Assembly (NCBI GenBank): GCA_030765205.1
Contig: JAVCDB010000017.1
Coordinates: 1-55,242, forward strand
Source of the DNA: Candidatus Aadella gelida
GTDB lineage: Bacteria; Omnitrophota; Gorgyraeia; Tantalellales; Tantalellaceae
DNA length: 55,242 nt
Reading direction: 5' to 3'
Below are positions 19,440-27,794 of this stretch, in pieces. The notes below the pieces were generated by a model. The model was not told the DNA's origin, made no database searches, and saw nothing but the letters and a program-made list of their open reading frames with translations. The translations under genes and the position numbers were made by a program. Positions within the stretch are counted from its first letter, which is position 1; each line of letters starts with the position of its first letter.

Positions 19440-19511
19440 AGGTGTTAGGTTCTAGGTGCTAGGTGATAGATTAGAGCCTACAACCTAAAACCTACAACCT
19501 AAAACCTAGGA
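19440..19511 (+). repeat. Inverted heptamer arrays: AGGTGTT AGGTTCT AGGTGCT AGGTGAT, a loop, then CCTACAA CCTAAAA CCTACAA CCTAAAA CCTAGGA.
   Basis: The left arm is 19440-19467 and the right arm 19477-19511. The arms are complementary (AGGT pairs with ACCT). The element fills the trpB-trpA spacer, and its last unit supplies the purine-rich pre-ATG sequence. Confidence 0.85.
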
Positions 19512-19516
19512 AAGAT

Positions 19517-20329
19517 ATGAATAGAATAGACGAGACATTCAGAAGGCTTCGTAAAGAAAAAAAGAAAGCGTTTATTGCCTATATAACGGCCGGGGATCCG
19601 ACCTTTCCGGTATCCGAAAAAATAGCGTTAACTTTAGCGGAAACTGGAACGGATATAATTGAGTTGGGGATACCTTTTTCAGATCCTTTAGCTGATGGAC
19701 CGACTATTCAAAAAGCCGTGCAGAGGTCGCTCAAGAATGGATGTACCGTTAAAAAAGTATTCACTATGGTAAAGAGCCTGCGCAGGAAAATACAAACACC
19801 ATTGGTTTTTATGACATATTACAATATTGTTTACAATTATGGATTAGAAAAATTTGTAAAAGACGCTAAAAAATCCGGTGCAGACGGAATAATAATCCCG
19901 GATCTTCCTATGGAAGAATCCGGAGAATTTAAAAGTATTGCAGATGCTGAAGATTTTTGTCTGATAATGCTGACTGCGCCTACCACACCCGCGGAAAGGT
20001 TCCGGAAGATAGCGTCTAAAAGCCGAGGATTCATATATCATGTCTCGCTCACCGGAGTAACCGGTACAAGGGACGCTGTAAACACAGGACTTGCTAAAAA
20101 TGTGCAGAAGTTAAAGAAGTTGACCAAAAAACCTATATGTGTAGGGTTTGGCGTCTCGGGAGCTGAACAGGCGAAAAAAATAAGTCGAATGTGTGACGGT
20201 GTTATAGTAGGAAGCGCGATAATCAAAATAATAGAAAAGAACTTGAACAGAAAGAAAGATATAGCGGGGAAGATAAAGGTTTTCTCCAAGACTCTCGCCA
20301 AAGCAGTTCACGGAGAAGAACGATCGTAG
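19517..20329 (+). CDS. trpA: Tryptophan synthase alpha chain.
   Basis: The motifs ELGIPFSDPLADGPTIQ and GFGVS are present. Confidence 0.95.
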   Translation: MNRIDETFRRLRKEKKKAFIAYITAGDPTFPVSEKIALTLAETGTDIIELGIPFSDPLADGPTIQKAVQRSLKNGCTVKKVFTMVKSLRRKIQTPLVFMTYYNIVYNYGLEKFVKDAKKSGADGIIIPDLPMEESGEFKSIADAEDFCLIMLTAPTTPAERFRKIASKSRGFIYHVSLTGVTGTRDAVNTGLAKNVQKLKKLTKKPICVGFGVSGAEQAKKISRMCDGVIVGSAIIKIIEKNLNRKKDIAGKIKVFSKTLAKAVHGEERS

Positions 20330-20467
20330 ACCATTGACCGTAGACAGGGAATGACTGATGTGCAAATTGAGGTGTGAATAGTAATAGCAGACAAAAGACC
20401 GTAAAACAAAACTAAAGATCTTTTCTTTTCAATATTTTTCTAAAAATATTGTTCAATAGTCAAACAG
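20327..20467 (+). repeat. Heptamer-array element: TAGACCA TTGACCG TAGACAG, the conserved core ATGACTGATGTGCAAATTGAGGTGTGAA, and a weak right arm TTCAATAGTCAAACAG.
   Basis: The trpA stop codon TAG is the first triplet of the first unit. The core at 20351-20378 matches the core at 27108-27135. Confidence 0.7.
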
Positions 20468-20478
20468 ATATTTTTATT

Positions 20479-20901
20479 ATGAGAATAATGGGACTTGATA
20501 TCGGGACAAAAAATATTGGAGTAGCTGTCAGCGATGAAACATGTACTCTGGCGCAGGGTAGGGAAGTAATAACCCGGACGTCGACGGAAAAGGTCGTATC
20601 TCGTATCAAAGAATTGGTCGAAGAGTTCAAGGTAGAAGAGATCGTAATAGGTTTGCCCGTAAATATGGATGGAACGGAAGGGCCCCGGGCAAAAGACAGC
20701 AGGATGTGGGGAGAACTTTTAGAAAAGAGATTTCCCTTTAAGTGTGTTTTGTGGGATGAAAGGTTAAGTACTAAAGAGGCGGAAGATATAATGATATCGG
20801 CCGACATATCCCGCAAGAAAAGAAAGAAAAAGATAGACCAACTTGCGGCACAGCTGATCCTGCAGGGATACTTGGATGATAGATCAAGGATAAAGGATTA
20901 A
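20479..20901 (+). CDS. ruvX: YqgF/RuvX family putative Holliday junction resolvase / pre-16S rRNA nuclease.
   Basis: The sequence starts MRIMGLDIGTKNIGVAVSD and also has DERLSTKEAE. The choice of start, 20479 or 20488, is uncertain. Confidence 0.9.
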   Translation: MRIMGLDIGTKNIGVAVSDETCTLAQGREVITRTSTEKVVSRIKELVEEFKVEEIVIGLPVNMDGTEGPRAKDSRMWGELLEKRFPFKCVLWDERLSTKEAEDIMISADISRKKRKKKIDQLAAQLILQGYLDDRSRIKD

Positions 20902-20953
20902 GGCGCCGAGGACGTAATGTCCGAGGTGCGTCGAAATCTCCCGGTTTCGACGA
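20902..20953 (+). repeat. 52-nt dispersed repeat, copy 2.
   Basis: It starts 1 nt after the ruvX stop and is near-identical to 2915-2966. Confidence 0.8.
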
Positions 20954-20983
20954 TAAAAATTAAAATATAATTGAAAGGAAAAG

Positions 20984-22255
20984 ATGTATAAAAAGACTAA
21001 ATTGAGTAATGGGTTGAACATAATAACGTCTCCTATGCCGGGAATGGCATCTGTGACGCTTGGTATCTGGATCGGAATAGGAGGGCGCTACGAATCCGAA
21101 AAACAAAGCGGTATCAGCCATTTGGTGGAACATATGCTATTCAAGGGGACGAAGGACATGTCCACAAAAGAGCTTAAACAATCCATAGAGGGTATTGGAG
21201 GCGCTTTTAACGGGTTCACTTCGGATGAAGTAACATGTTATCTGGTAAAGGTTCCCTCAAAATATGTGGAACTGGGAGTGGATGTGCTTGCGGATATGGT
21301 ACTTAATGCCAAGTGTGATGAAAAGGATCTAGCGAAAGAAAAATTTGTTGTATGTGAAGAGATAAAAATGTATCGTGATCAGCCTGCTGATCATGTTCTG
21401 GATGTATTAAGTAAAATAATGTGGCCGGGCGATCCTCTAGGCAGGTCTTTGACGGGTACTATGACCATAGTTAAAAGTTTAACCAGGAAAGAGATAGTTA
21501 AATTTAGGGACGACAATTATCACCCCGGTAATATGGCGGTTGTCGCCGCGGGCAAAGTGAATCCCGAAAAATTGACCGGGTATGTTAAAAAAAGGTTAGG
21601 TTCCGCGGCAGGAAAACGGAACCCTTCATTGAAGAGCTCATCATCCGTCCAAAAGTCTCCCCGGATAAAAATATGTTCAGGTGACACCAATCAGACGCAT
21701 ATTGCTTTTGGGTTTCATACAAAGGAAAAAAGTGTTAAAGAAAGATTTGCGATGAAATTGATGAATGTCATGTTGGGAGGCAATATGTCTTCCAGGCTTT
21801 TCGAAGAGCTTAGAGAAAAACACGGACTGTGTTATGATGTCGCTTCTGCTTATAAGAGGCATTCCGATAAAGGAGAGATGCAGATACATGCCGGTGTTGA
21901 CAATTCAAAGGCTGCCAGATCCGTTGCGGCCATACTTGATGAGGTTAGAAGAATAAGAGATCTAGGTGTTACGGAAGAGGAACTATTTCGCGCCAAAGAA
22001 TATACTAAAGGGCAGTTTTTGCTGGGGATGGAAGGAACTTCTACACGTATGATGTGGCTTGGGGACAGGTTTATGGTACATAAGAACATCCCGGAAGTTA
22101 AGAAAATCCTTGAGAATTTAGACAGTATTGGAGTAAAAGATATAGAAAAAGCCTGTGCGGATACGTTCAGTTCTTCTTCCGTTAATCTGGCTATGATAAG
22201 TAAGATATCTGATAAAGAGAAAAGCAGCATTAAAAAAGAGTTACATAAGCTTTGA
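20984..22255 (+). CDS. M16 family (pitrilysin/insulinase-like) zinc peptidase.
   Basis: The inverted zinc motif HxxEH appears as GISHLVEHMLFKGT. The protein is 423 aa. Confidence 0.9.
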   Translation: MYKKTKLSNGLNIITSPMPGMASVTLGIWIGIGGRYESEKQSGISHLVEHMLFKGTKDMSTKELKQSIEGIGGAFNGFTSDEVTCYLVKVPSKYVELGVDVLADMVLNAKCDEKDLAKEKFVVCEEIKMYRDQPADHVLDVLSKIMWPGDPLGRSLTGTMTIVKSLTRKEIVKFRDDNYHPGNMAVVAAGKVNPEKLTGYVKKRLGSAAGKRNPSLKSSSSVQKSPRIKICSGDTNQTHIAFGFHTKEKSVKERFAMKLMNVMLGGNMSSRLFEELREKHGLCYDVASAYKRHSDKGEMQIHAGVDNSKAARSVAAILDEVRRIRDLGVTEEELFRAKEYTKGQFLLGMEGTSTRMMWLGDRFMVHKNIPEVKKILENLDSIGVKDIEKACADTFSSSSVNLAMISKISDKEKSSIKKELHKL

Positions 22256-22275
22256 TGTTAGAAGGGGAGAATAAC

Positions 22276-22914
22276 ATGGATAAAAAGATAATAATCGCGC
22301 CAAGTATCCTGTCCGCTGATTTCGGTAGGCTTGCCGAAGAAATAAAGGCAGTAGAATTGGCTGGCGCTGATTGGGTACATGTGGATGTAATGGACGGTAT
22401 TTTTGTTCCGAACATAACTATAGGACCGGGTGTTATCAAATCCGTGAAGAAGGTTTCTGATATGTTTTTTGATGTTCATCTGATGATAGATAGACCGGAA
22501 AGATATATAGACGAGTTTGCCTCCGCGGGTAGTGATATGATAACTTTTCATATTGAGGCGTGCGCTTCACCGGAAGATGTTATAAAAAAGATAAGACAGG
22601 CCGAAAAAAAAGTAGGCATTTCTGTTAAACCCGGAACGGAGATATCCTTAGTAGAAAAATTGTTGGATAAGGTGGATATGGTGCTTGTTATGACGGTGGA
22701 GCCCGGATTTGGAGGGCAATCTTTCATGAGAGGGATGCTGGATAAGGTCCGGTACCTGAAGGAAAACTTTGATGGATATATACAAGTTGACGGAGGTGTG
22801 AATAAAGATACTGCCCGTGAAATTATCAAGGCGGGAGGGAACGTTCTTGTGGCGGGTACGGCGATCTTTGGTCAAAAAGATTATAGCGGGGCTATAAAAG
22901 AAATCAGAGGATAG
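22276..22914 (+). CDS. rpe: Ribulose-phosphate 3-epimerase.
   Basis: The motifs IIAPSILSADF, HVDVMDG and VDGG are present. I prefer the ATG at 22276, which has an AAGGGGAG RBS. Confidence 0.93.
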   Translation: MDKKIIIAPSILSADFGRLAEEIKAVELAGADWVHVDVMDGIFVPNITIGPGVIKSVKKVSDMFFDVHLMIDRPERYIDEFASAGSDMITFHIEACASPEDVIKKIRQAEKKVGISVKPGTEISLVEKLLDKVDMVLVMTVEPGFGGQSFMRGMLDKVRYLKENFDGYIQVDGGVNKDTAREIIKAGGNVLVAGTAIFGQKDYSGAIKEIRG

Positions 22915-22916
22915 AA

Positions 22917-23070
22917 ATGACTATAGACCATTGACAATGGACCATAGACTTAGAATGACCGATGTGTCAACTTATGGAACTATAAATCGAGGCAATTGAA
23001 TCTTAGACTTTTTAAAATTTTTCAAAGAAAAATCTTAGGCAATAGTCGATAGTCAATGGTCAATAGTCAA
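22917..23070 (+). repeat. Inverted heptamer-array element: ATGACTA TAGACCA TTGACAA TGGACCA TAGACTT, the core ATGACCGATG, a spacer, then AATAGTC GATAGTC AATGGTC AATAGTC.
   Basis: The left arm is 22917-22951, the core starts at 22955 and the right arm is 23041-23068. GTCAATGGTC is present in the right arm and in the reverse complement of the left arm. Confidence 0.85.
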
Positions 23071-23111
23071 TATTTTGACGTGATTTAGGAATTTATTAAC
23101 TGGGAGGGAAG

Positions 23112-24536
23112 ATGGGCAGGATCAAGTTTGGTACAGATGGATGGAGAGCGGTGATAAGTGAAGATTTCACTTTTGAAAATGTTGAGATCGTGGCGCAGGC
23201 TATAGCGGATTTTATAAAGGCTCAGAAAAAACCGATATACCGTAAAAAAAAGATAGTGATAGGTTATGATACACGGTTTCTGTCGGATAAATATGCGGAG
23301 ATCATGTCATCCGTACTTGCAGCTAACGGAATAAAGGTCGTACTCAGCGATAAACCAAGTCCCACTCCTTCGGTATGTGTATACATTGCCGACAAAAAGT
23401 TTTCCGGAGGTGTGATGATAACGGCAAGTCATAATCCTGCAAGCTATAACGGTATTAAATACAAAGGGTTTTTTGCCGGTTCCGCGGGGAGCAATATTAT
23501 AGACGCTATAGAGAAGAAGTTATATAAGAGTAAAGTAAAAAAAATAGACTTTAAAGATGCTGTGAAAAAGAAGAAGGTAGTGCTTGAAGATATAGTCGGA
23601 CTCCAGATCAAGTATATCAAAAAGTACGCCAATATGACCAAGCTGAAGAAAGCCAAGCTGAAAGTGCTGGTAGATTCAATGAACGGTACGGGTGGTAAGT
23701 ATTTCAGTGAAATACTTAAAGGTACCGGTATTAAACTGGATTATATGTATGCAGAAAAGAATCCCGGATTTAACAATAGGCCTCCCGAACCAAACGAAAA
23801 GCATCTTCAGGAAATTATGGGACGCATGAAAAAAGGTAAATACGATCTTGGTGTTGCCACAGACGGCGACTCCGACCGGTTGGCTATAGTGGATGAGAAA
23901 GGGAATGTCCTTTCCGGTCATAGATTAATGGCGCTTCTTGTTAAACATCTATATGAGAACAGGAAGAAAAAGGGCGGTGTTATCCAGACTATTTGCGGTA
24001 CGGGCTTGATAAATAACATGTGTAAGGATTACGGCATAAAACAGTATGAGACTCGTGTAGGATTCAAATATATTTGCGATATGATGATAAAAAAAGATAT
24101 TTTGGTCGGAGGAGAAGAGACCGGCGGTGTTGGTTTTAAGGGATACGTACCTGAACGTGACGGATTTCTTTCGGCGCTGCTTATAATGGAACTTTTGGTA
24201 TCTTCTAAAAAACCATTATCTAAAATAGTTTCAGATATGAGCAAGAAATATGGAAGTTATGTTTATGAAAGGGAAGATATGATCTTTCCAGAAGCTAAAA
24301 GAAAAAAATTAATGAATGGTCTTAAAAAGAACCCTCTCAAGAAAGTTCTAAACAAAGAGGTGGTCCAGATAAAGGATTATGATGGGACCAAATTTATCTG
24401 CAAGGACGGAAGCTGGCTCCTTATAAGATTTTCCGGGACAGAACCTAAACTCAGGATCTATTCGGAAACGAGTTCAAAAAAAGAATCTTTAAAAGTCCTC
24501 GAATTCGGCAGGAAATACGCTTTAGGACTTATGTAA
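23112..24536 (+). CDS. Phosphoglucomutase/phosphomannomutase family protein (alpha-D-phosphohexomutase).
   Basis: The motifs FGTDGWRA, the active-site loop TASHNPASYNGIK and the Mg loop ATDGDSDR are present. Confidence 0.92.
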   Translation: MGRIKFGTDGWRAVISEDFTFENVEIVAQAIADFIKAQKKPIYRKKKIVIGYDTRFLSDKYAEIMSSVLAANGIKVVLSDKPSPTPSVCVYIADKKFSGGVMITASHNPASYNGIKYKGFFAGSAGSNIIDAIEKKLYKSKVKKIDFKDAVKKKKVVLEDIVGLQIKYIKKYANMTKLKKAKLKVLVDSMNGTGGKYFSEILKGTGIKLDYMYAEKNPGFNNRPPEPNEKHLQEIMGRMKKGKYDLGVATDGDSDRLAIVDEKGNVLSGHRLMALLVKHLYENRKKKGGVIQTICGTGLINNMCKDYGIKQYETRVGFKYICDMMIKKDILVGGEETGGVGFKGYVPERDGFLSALLIMELLVSSKKPLSKIVSDMSKKYGSYVYEREDMIFPEAKRKKLMNGLKKNPLKKVLNKEVVQIKDYDGTKFICKDGSWLLIRFSGTEPKLRIYSETSSKKESLKVLEFGRKYALGLM

Positions 24537-24651
24537 AGACTGGGATAAAAGAGAAAAGGGCTGCTGCTCAAAAACTTTTATGTCAGGTTCTCGGTATGGA
24601 CAAGATATTCTAAATGTTATAGGTCGAAAGGATGGACATTAACCAGGCAAT

Positions 24652-26457
24652 ATGAAAACTAACAAACTAAAAAAAATAAGAAATTTCTGCATAATTGCGC
24701 ATATAGATCATGGGAAATCCACTCTTGCTGACAGGATAATACAGCTTACGGATACTGTTGCTATTAGAGAGTTTAGAGACCAGTTTCTTGACGCGATGGA
24801 CCTTGAAAGAGAAAGAGGGATAACTATTAAGTCCAGTGCCGTTAAGATATTGTACACTGCAAGAGACGAGGAAACCTACACACTTAATCTTATCGATACT
24901 CCGGGACATGTGGATTTTACTTACGAGGTCTCTAAAAGTATAGCGGCATGCGAGGGGGCATTGCTTTTAGTGGATGCCGTACAAGGCGTGGAAGCTCAGA
25001 CAATAGCTAACCTTTATCTTGCTACAGAACATGACCTTGAGATAATACCTATTATAAATAAGATCGATCTTAAAAACGCCAGGGTGGATGTTATTAAGGA
25101 GCAGATAAGAGATATTTTAGGCATGAAAGATGAGGAAATACTCCTGATAAGCGCAAAAGAAAATATTGGTACGGAGGATGTGCTTGAGGAAGTGATAAAG
25201 GTCATTCCTCCTCCTGAAGGCGACACCAAAAGTTCTTTAAAGGCCTTAATATTTGATTCAGCATATGATACTTACCGGGGGGTAATAGTATATGTCCGCA
25301 TAATGGAAGGTGAGATGAAAGCGGGTATGGCTATAAAGACCATGAATCAGGGCATGAGATATGAGGTCAAGGAAGTCGGGGTTTTTATGCCGCGTGAACA
25401 GATTATCGACAAACTTGAATGTGGTCAAGTGGGATATGTCGTATGTAATATAAAGGAAGCCAAGGAGATAATTGTAGGGGATACTATGACCACTGTTGAG
25501 AGTCCCGCCGAAATGCCACTTCCGGGATACAAAGAAGTTAAACCCATGGTCTATAGCGGAGTATACCCGGTTAGTAACGAGGATTACGAGGCGCTAAAAG
25601 AAGCTATGGAAAAACTTAAACTGTCTGACGCATCTTTCATTTATGAGCCGGAAACATCCGCCGCTCTGGGGTTTGGTTTCAGGTGTGGGTTCCTGGGGCT
25701 CCTGCATATGGAAATAGTGCAGGAGAGATTGGAAAGAGAATTCGATCTTGATCTGATAGCTTCTTCCCCCAGCGTTAATTATAAGGTCAAACTGGAACAC
25801 GGTGACCTTATAGAAGTTGATAATCCTACTAAATATCCTGAGAGGGATAAAATAGAATATGTAGAAGAGCCTTATGTAAAGTGTCATATATTTGTTCCCT
25901 CAGAATCCATAGGGAACATAATGAAACTTTGTGAGAGTAAGCGCGGTGAATTCATCAGCACTAAATTTCTTGATACGACCAAGGTGCAGATAATATACGA
26001 TATTCCGTTGGCAGAGATAATAATAGATTTTTATGACAAGATAAAATCGTCTACACAGGGTTATGGTTCGCTGGACTATGAGTTTATAGGGTACAGGAGG
26101 TCTTCCATAGTCAAATTGGATATTCTGATAAATGGGGTTCCCTGTGACGCGTTATCTTGTATAGTGCATAGAGATAGAGCGAGGAGAAAAGGAAAGGAAT
26201 TGGTGGAAAAATTAAAGGATACTATCCCTAAACATATGTTTAAGATAGCTCTACAGGCCTCTGTGGGCGGGGACGTTATAGCAAGAGAGACCATTTCTGC
26301 TTTCAAAAAAAATGTTACGGGAAAATGCTATGGCGGTGATATTACCAGAAAAAGAAAACTTTGGGATAAACAAAAAGAGGGAAAAAAGAAGATGCGCAGA
26401 ATAGGCAAAGTAGAGGTGCCTAAAGAAGCGTTCTTGAAAGCGATGAGGATATCATGA
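24652..26457 (+). CDS. lepA: Elongation factor 4 (LepA).
   Basis: The motifs [20 protein letters not shown] and DTPGHVDF are present, along with a LepA-specific C-terminal domain. Confidence 0.97.
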   Translation: MKTNKLKKIRNFCIIAHIDHGKSTLADRIIQLTDTVAIREFRDQFLDAMDLERERGITIKSSAVKILYTARDEETYTLNLIDTPGHVDFTYEVSKSIAACEGALLLVDAVQGVEAQTIANLYLATEHDLEIIPIINKIDLKNARVDVIKEQIRDILGMKDEEILLISAKENIGTEDVLEEVIKVIPPPEGDTKSSLKALIFDSAYDTYRGVIVYVRIMEGEMKAGMAIKTMNQGMRYEVKEVGVFMPREQIIDKLECGQVGYVVCNIKEAKEIIVGDTMTTVESPAEMPLPGYKEVKPMVYSGVYPVSNEDYEALKEAMEKLKLSDASFIYEPETSAALGFGFRCGFLGLLHMEIVQERLEREFDLDLIASSPSVNYKVKLEHGDLIEVDNPTKYPERDKIEYVEEPYVKCHIFVPSESIGNIMKLCESKRGEFISTKFLDTTKVQIIYDIPLAEIIIDFYDKIKSSTQGYGSLDYEFIGYRRSSIVKLDILINGVPCDALSCIVHRDRARRKGKELVEKLKDTIPKHMFKIALQASVGGDVIARETISAFKKNVTGKCYGGDITRKRKLWDKQKEGKKKMRRIGKVEVPKEAFLKAMRIS

Positions 26458-27047
26458 AGATAAGCAAAGAAAAATGGGATTATTTATGGACAGAATGGGT
26501 AAAACCCATATTGATAGCTGCGGCGCTCGCTCTATTCGTTAGGACGTTTATGGTGCAACCGTTCAAGATACCGTCGAGTTCCATGTATCCGACATTGAAG
26601 CCGGGTGACAGGATATTTGTGAACAAGTTTATTTATGGGGCAAAAATACCGTTCACAAATATTAGATTACCGAAACTGGAAACCCCAAAGGACGGAGATA
26701 TAATTGTTTTTACTTCTCCTGTAGAAAAAAACAAGTATCTAGTTAAACGGTTCATTGCAGACGGAGGAGAAGCGGTATCAATAAAAAGCGGTAGTATATT
26801 TGTAGATGAAAAAAAACTTTCGGAGGCCCCTTTTGACGATCTCTTCTATTATAATCGCGGAGAATACGGAGCGGAAGACGGAAGGGTAGAAATTCCCGAA
26901 GGTAAATTTTATGTCCTGGGTGACAATAGCGCCAATTCCATGGATTCAAGATATTGGGGATATGTCCCCGATAGGAACATAGTTGGTAAAGCTTTTGTTA
27001 TACATTGGCCGCCGGGAAGAATGCATTTGATCAAGGAAGGGGAATAG
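26454..27047 (+). CDS. lepB: Signal peptidase I.
   Basis: It has the catalytic Ser box [12 protein letters not shown], the motifs VKR and [14 protein letters not shown], and one N-terminal TM segment. Confidence 0.93.
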   Translation: MKISKEKWDYLWTEWVKPILIAAALALFVRTFMVQPFKIPSSSMYPTLKPGDRIFVNKFIYGAKIPFTNIRLPKLETPKDGDIIVFTSPVEKNKYLVKRFIADGGEAVSIKSGSIFVDEKKLSEAPFDDLFYYNRGEYGAEDGRVEIPEGKFYVLGDNSANSMDSRYWGYVPDRNIVGKAFVIHWPPGRMHLIKEGE

Positions 27048-27069
27048 ATAGCAGTTAAAAAGTCAAAGG

Positions 27070-27166
27070 TAAACCATTGACTATAGACCATTGACCATTG
27101 ACAGGGAATGACCGATGCACAAAGTGAAAGGTGAAGGGAACGGGTCAAGTCAATAGTCTATTGTCC
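27070..27166 (+). repeat. Inverted heptamer-array element: TAAACCA TTGACTA TAGACCA TTGACCA TTGACAG, the core ATGACCGATGCACAAAGTGAAAGGTGAA, then GTCAAGTCAATAGTCTATTGTCC.
   Basis: The left arm is 27070-27104, the core 27108-27135 and the right arm 27144-27166. Confidence 0.85.
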
Positions 27167-27173
27167 AAAGATT

Positions 27174-27208
27174 ACTGTTCACGAATTACGAATCACGAAC
27201 TACGTATT
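27174..27208 (+). repeat. Tandem heptamers ACTGTTC ACGAATT ACGAATC ACGAACT ACGTATT.
   Basis: There are five in-phase 7-nt units. The unit types match those at 43511-43559. Confidence 0.8.
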
Positions 27209-27240
27209 GCGCTATATGACATGCTCTATACGTTATACAA

Positions 27241-27260
27241 AGAGAGAGAGAGAGAGAGAG
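27241..27260 (+). repeat. (AG)10 dinucleotide microsatellite directly abutting the pgsA start codon.
   Basis: The sequence AGAGAGAGAGAGAGAGAGAG at 27241-27260 is followed immediately by the ATG at 27261. Confidence 0.95.
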
Positions 27261-27794
27261 ATGAATTGGGCTAACAGGCTTACGATACTCAGAATAGTAC
27301 TTACACCTGTTTTTATTATGGCTGTTCTTTATAAGCGGCTTGATGTGGCTCTTGTTATCTTTGCACTAGCCGCAGTGACGGACGGGCTTGATGGATATAT
27401 AGCGCGTATGCGTAAAGAAAAGACTAAATTCGGTGCGATAATGGATCCCATCGCCGACAAGATGCTTATCGGAAGCGCATTTGTTAGTTTTAGTTTGGTT
27501 AAGGATCTTCCTGTATATCTAAAAATGCCCATATATGTTCCGATGATAATAATCTCAAGAGACGTTATAATTCTTCTTGGAGCCATGATAATCTATTTGC
27601 TTGCGGGTGACATAAAGATAAAACCCAGCATTTTGGGTAAGGTAACGACCTTTTTTCAAATGCTTACTATAATTATGATGCTTACGCAGTTTGTGTATTC
27701 AAGTTGGATATGGAATGTAGCAATCGTTTTAACCGTGTTTTCAGGGTTAGATTATATACGTATATTTTCAAGGCAGATAAATGAAAAATTATGA
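27261..27794 (+). CDS. pgsA: CDP-diacylglycerol--glycerol-3-phosphate 3-phosphatidyltransferase.
   Basis: The CDP-alcohol phosphatidyltransferase motif DGLDGYIAR...GAIMDPIADK and multiple TM segments are present. I prefer the ATG at 27261 (MNWANRLTILR). Confidence 0.92.
   Translation: MNWANRLTILRIVLTPVFIMAVLYKRLDVALVIFALAAVTDGLDGYIARMRKEKTKFGAIMDPIADKMLIGSAFVSFSLVKDLPVYLKMPIYVPMIIISRDVIILLGAMIIYLLAGDIKIKPSILGKVTTFFQMLTIIMMLTQFVYSSWIWNVAIVLTVFSGLDYIRIFSRQINEKL

Noticed and set aside
20351-20377. Mini-ORFs MTDVQIEV (20351-20377), MTDAQSER (27108-27134) and relatives as real genes.
   Set aside because: No properly spaced Shine-Dalgarno sequence is present, the lengths vary (6-18 codons), and start codons vary among ATG, TTG and GTG. 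The conservation may be purely at nucleotide level. I report this as an alternative reading in the findings and do not call it as CDS.
27207-27260. N-terminal extension of pgsA through the (AG)10 tract.
   Set aside because: The TTG start is followed by the heptamer array and microsatellite translated as TKREREREM. The conserved PgsA N-terminus begins at the ATG at 27261.
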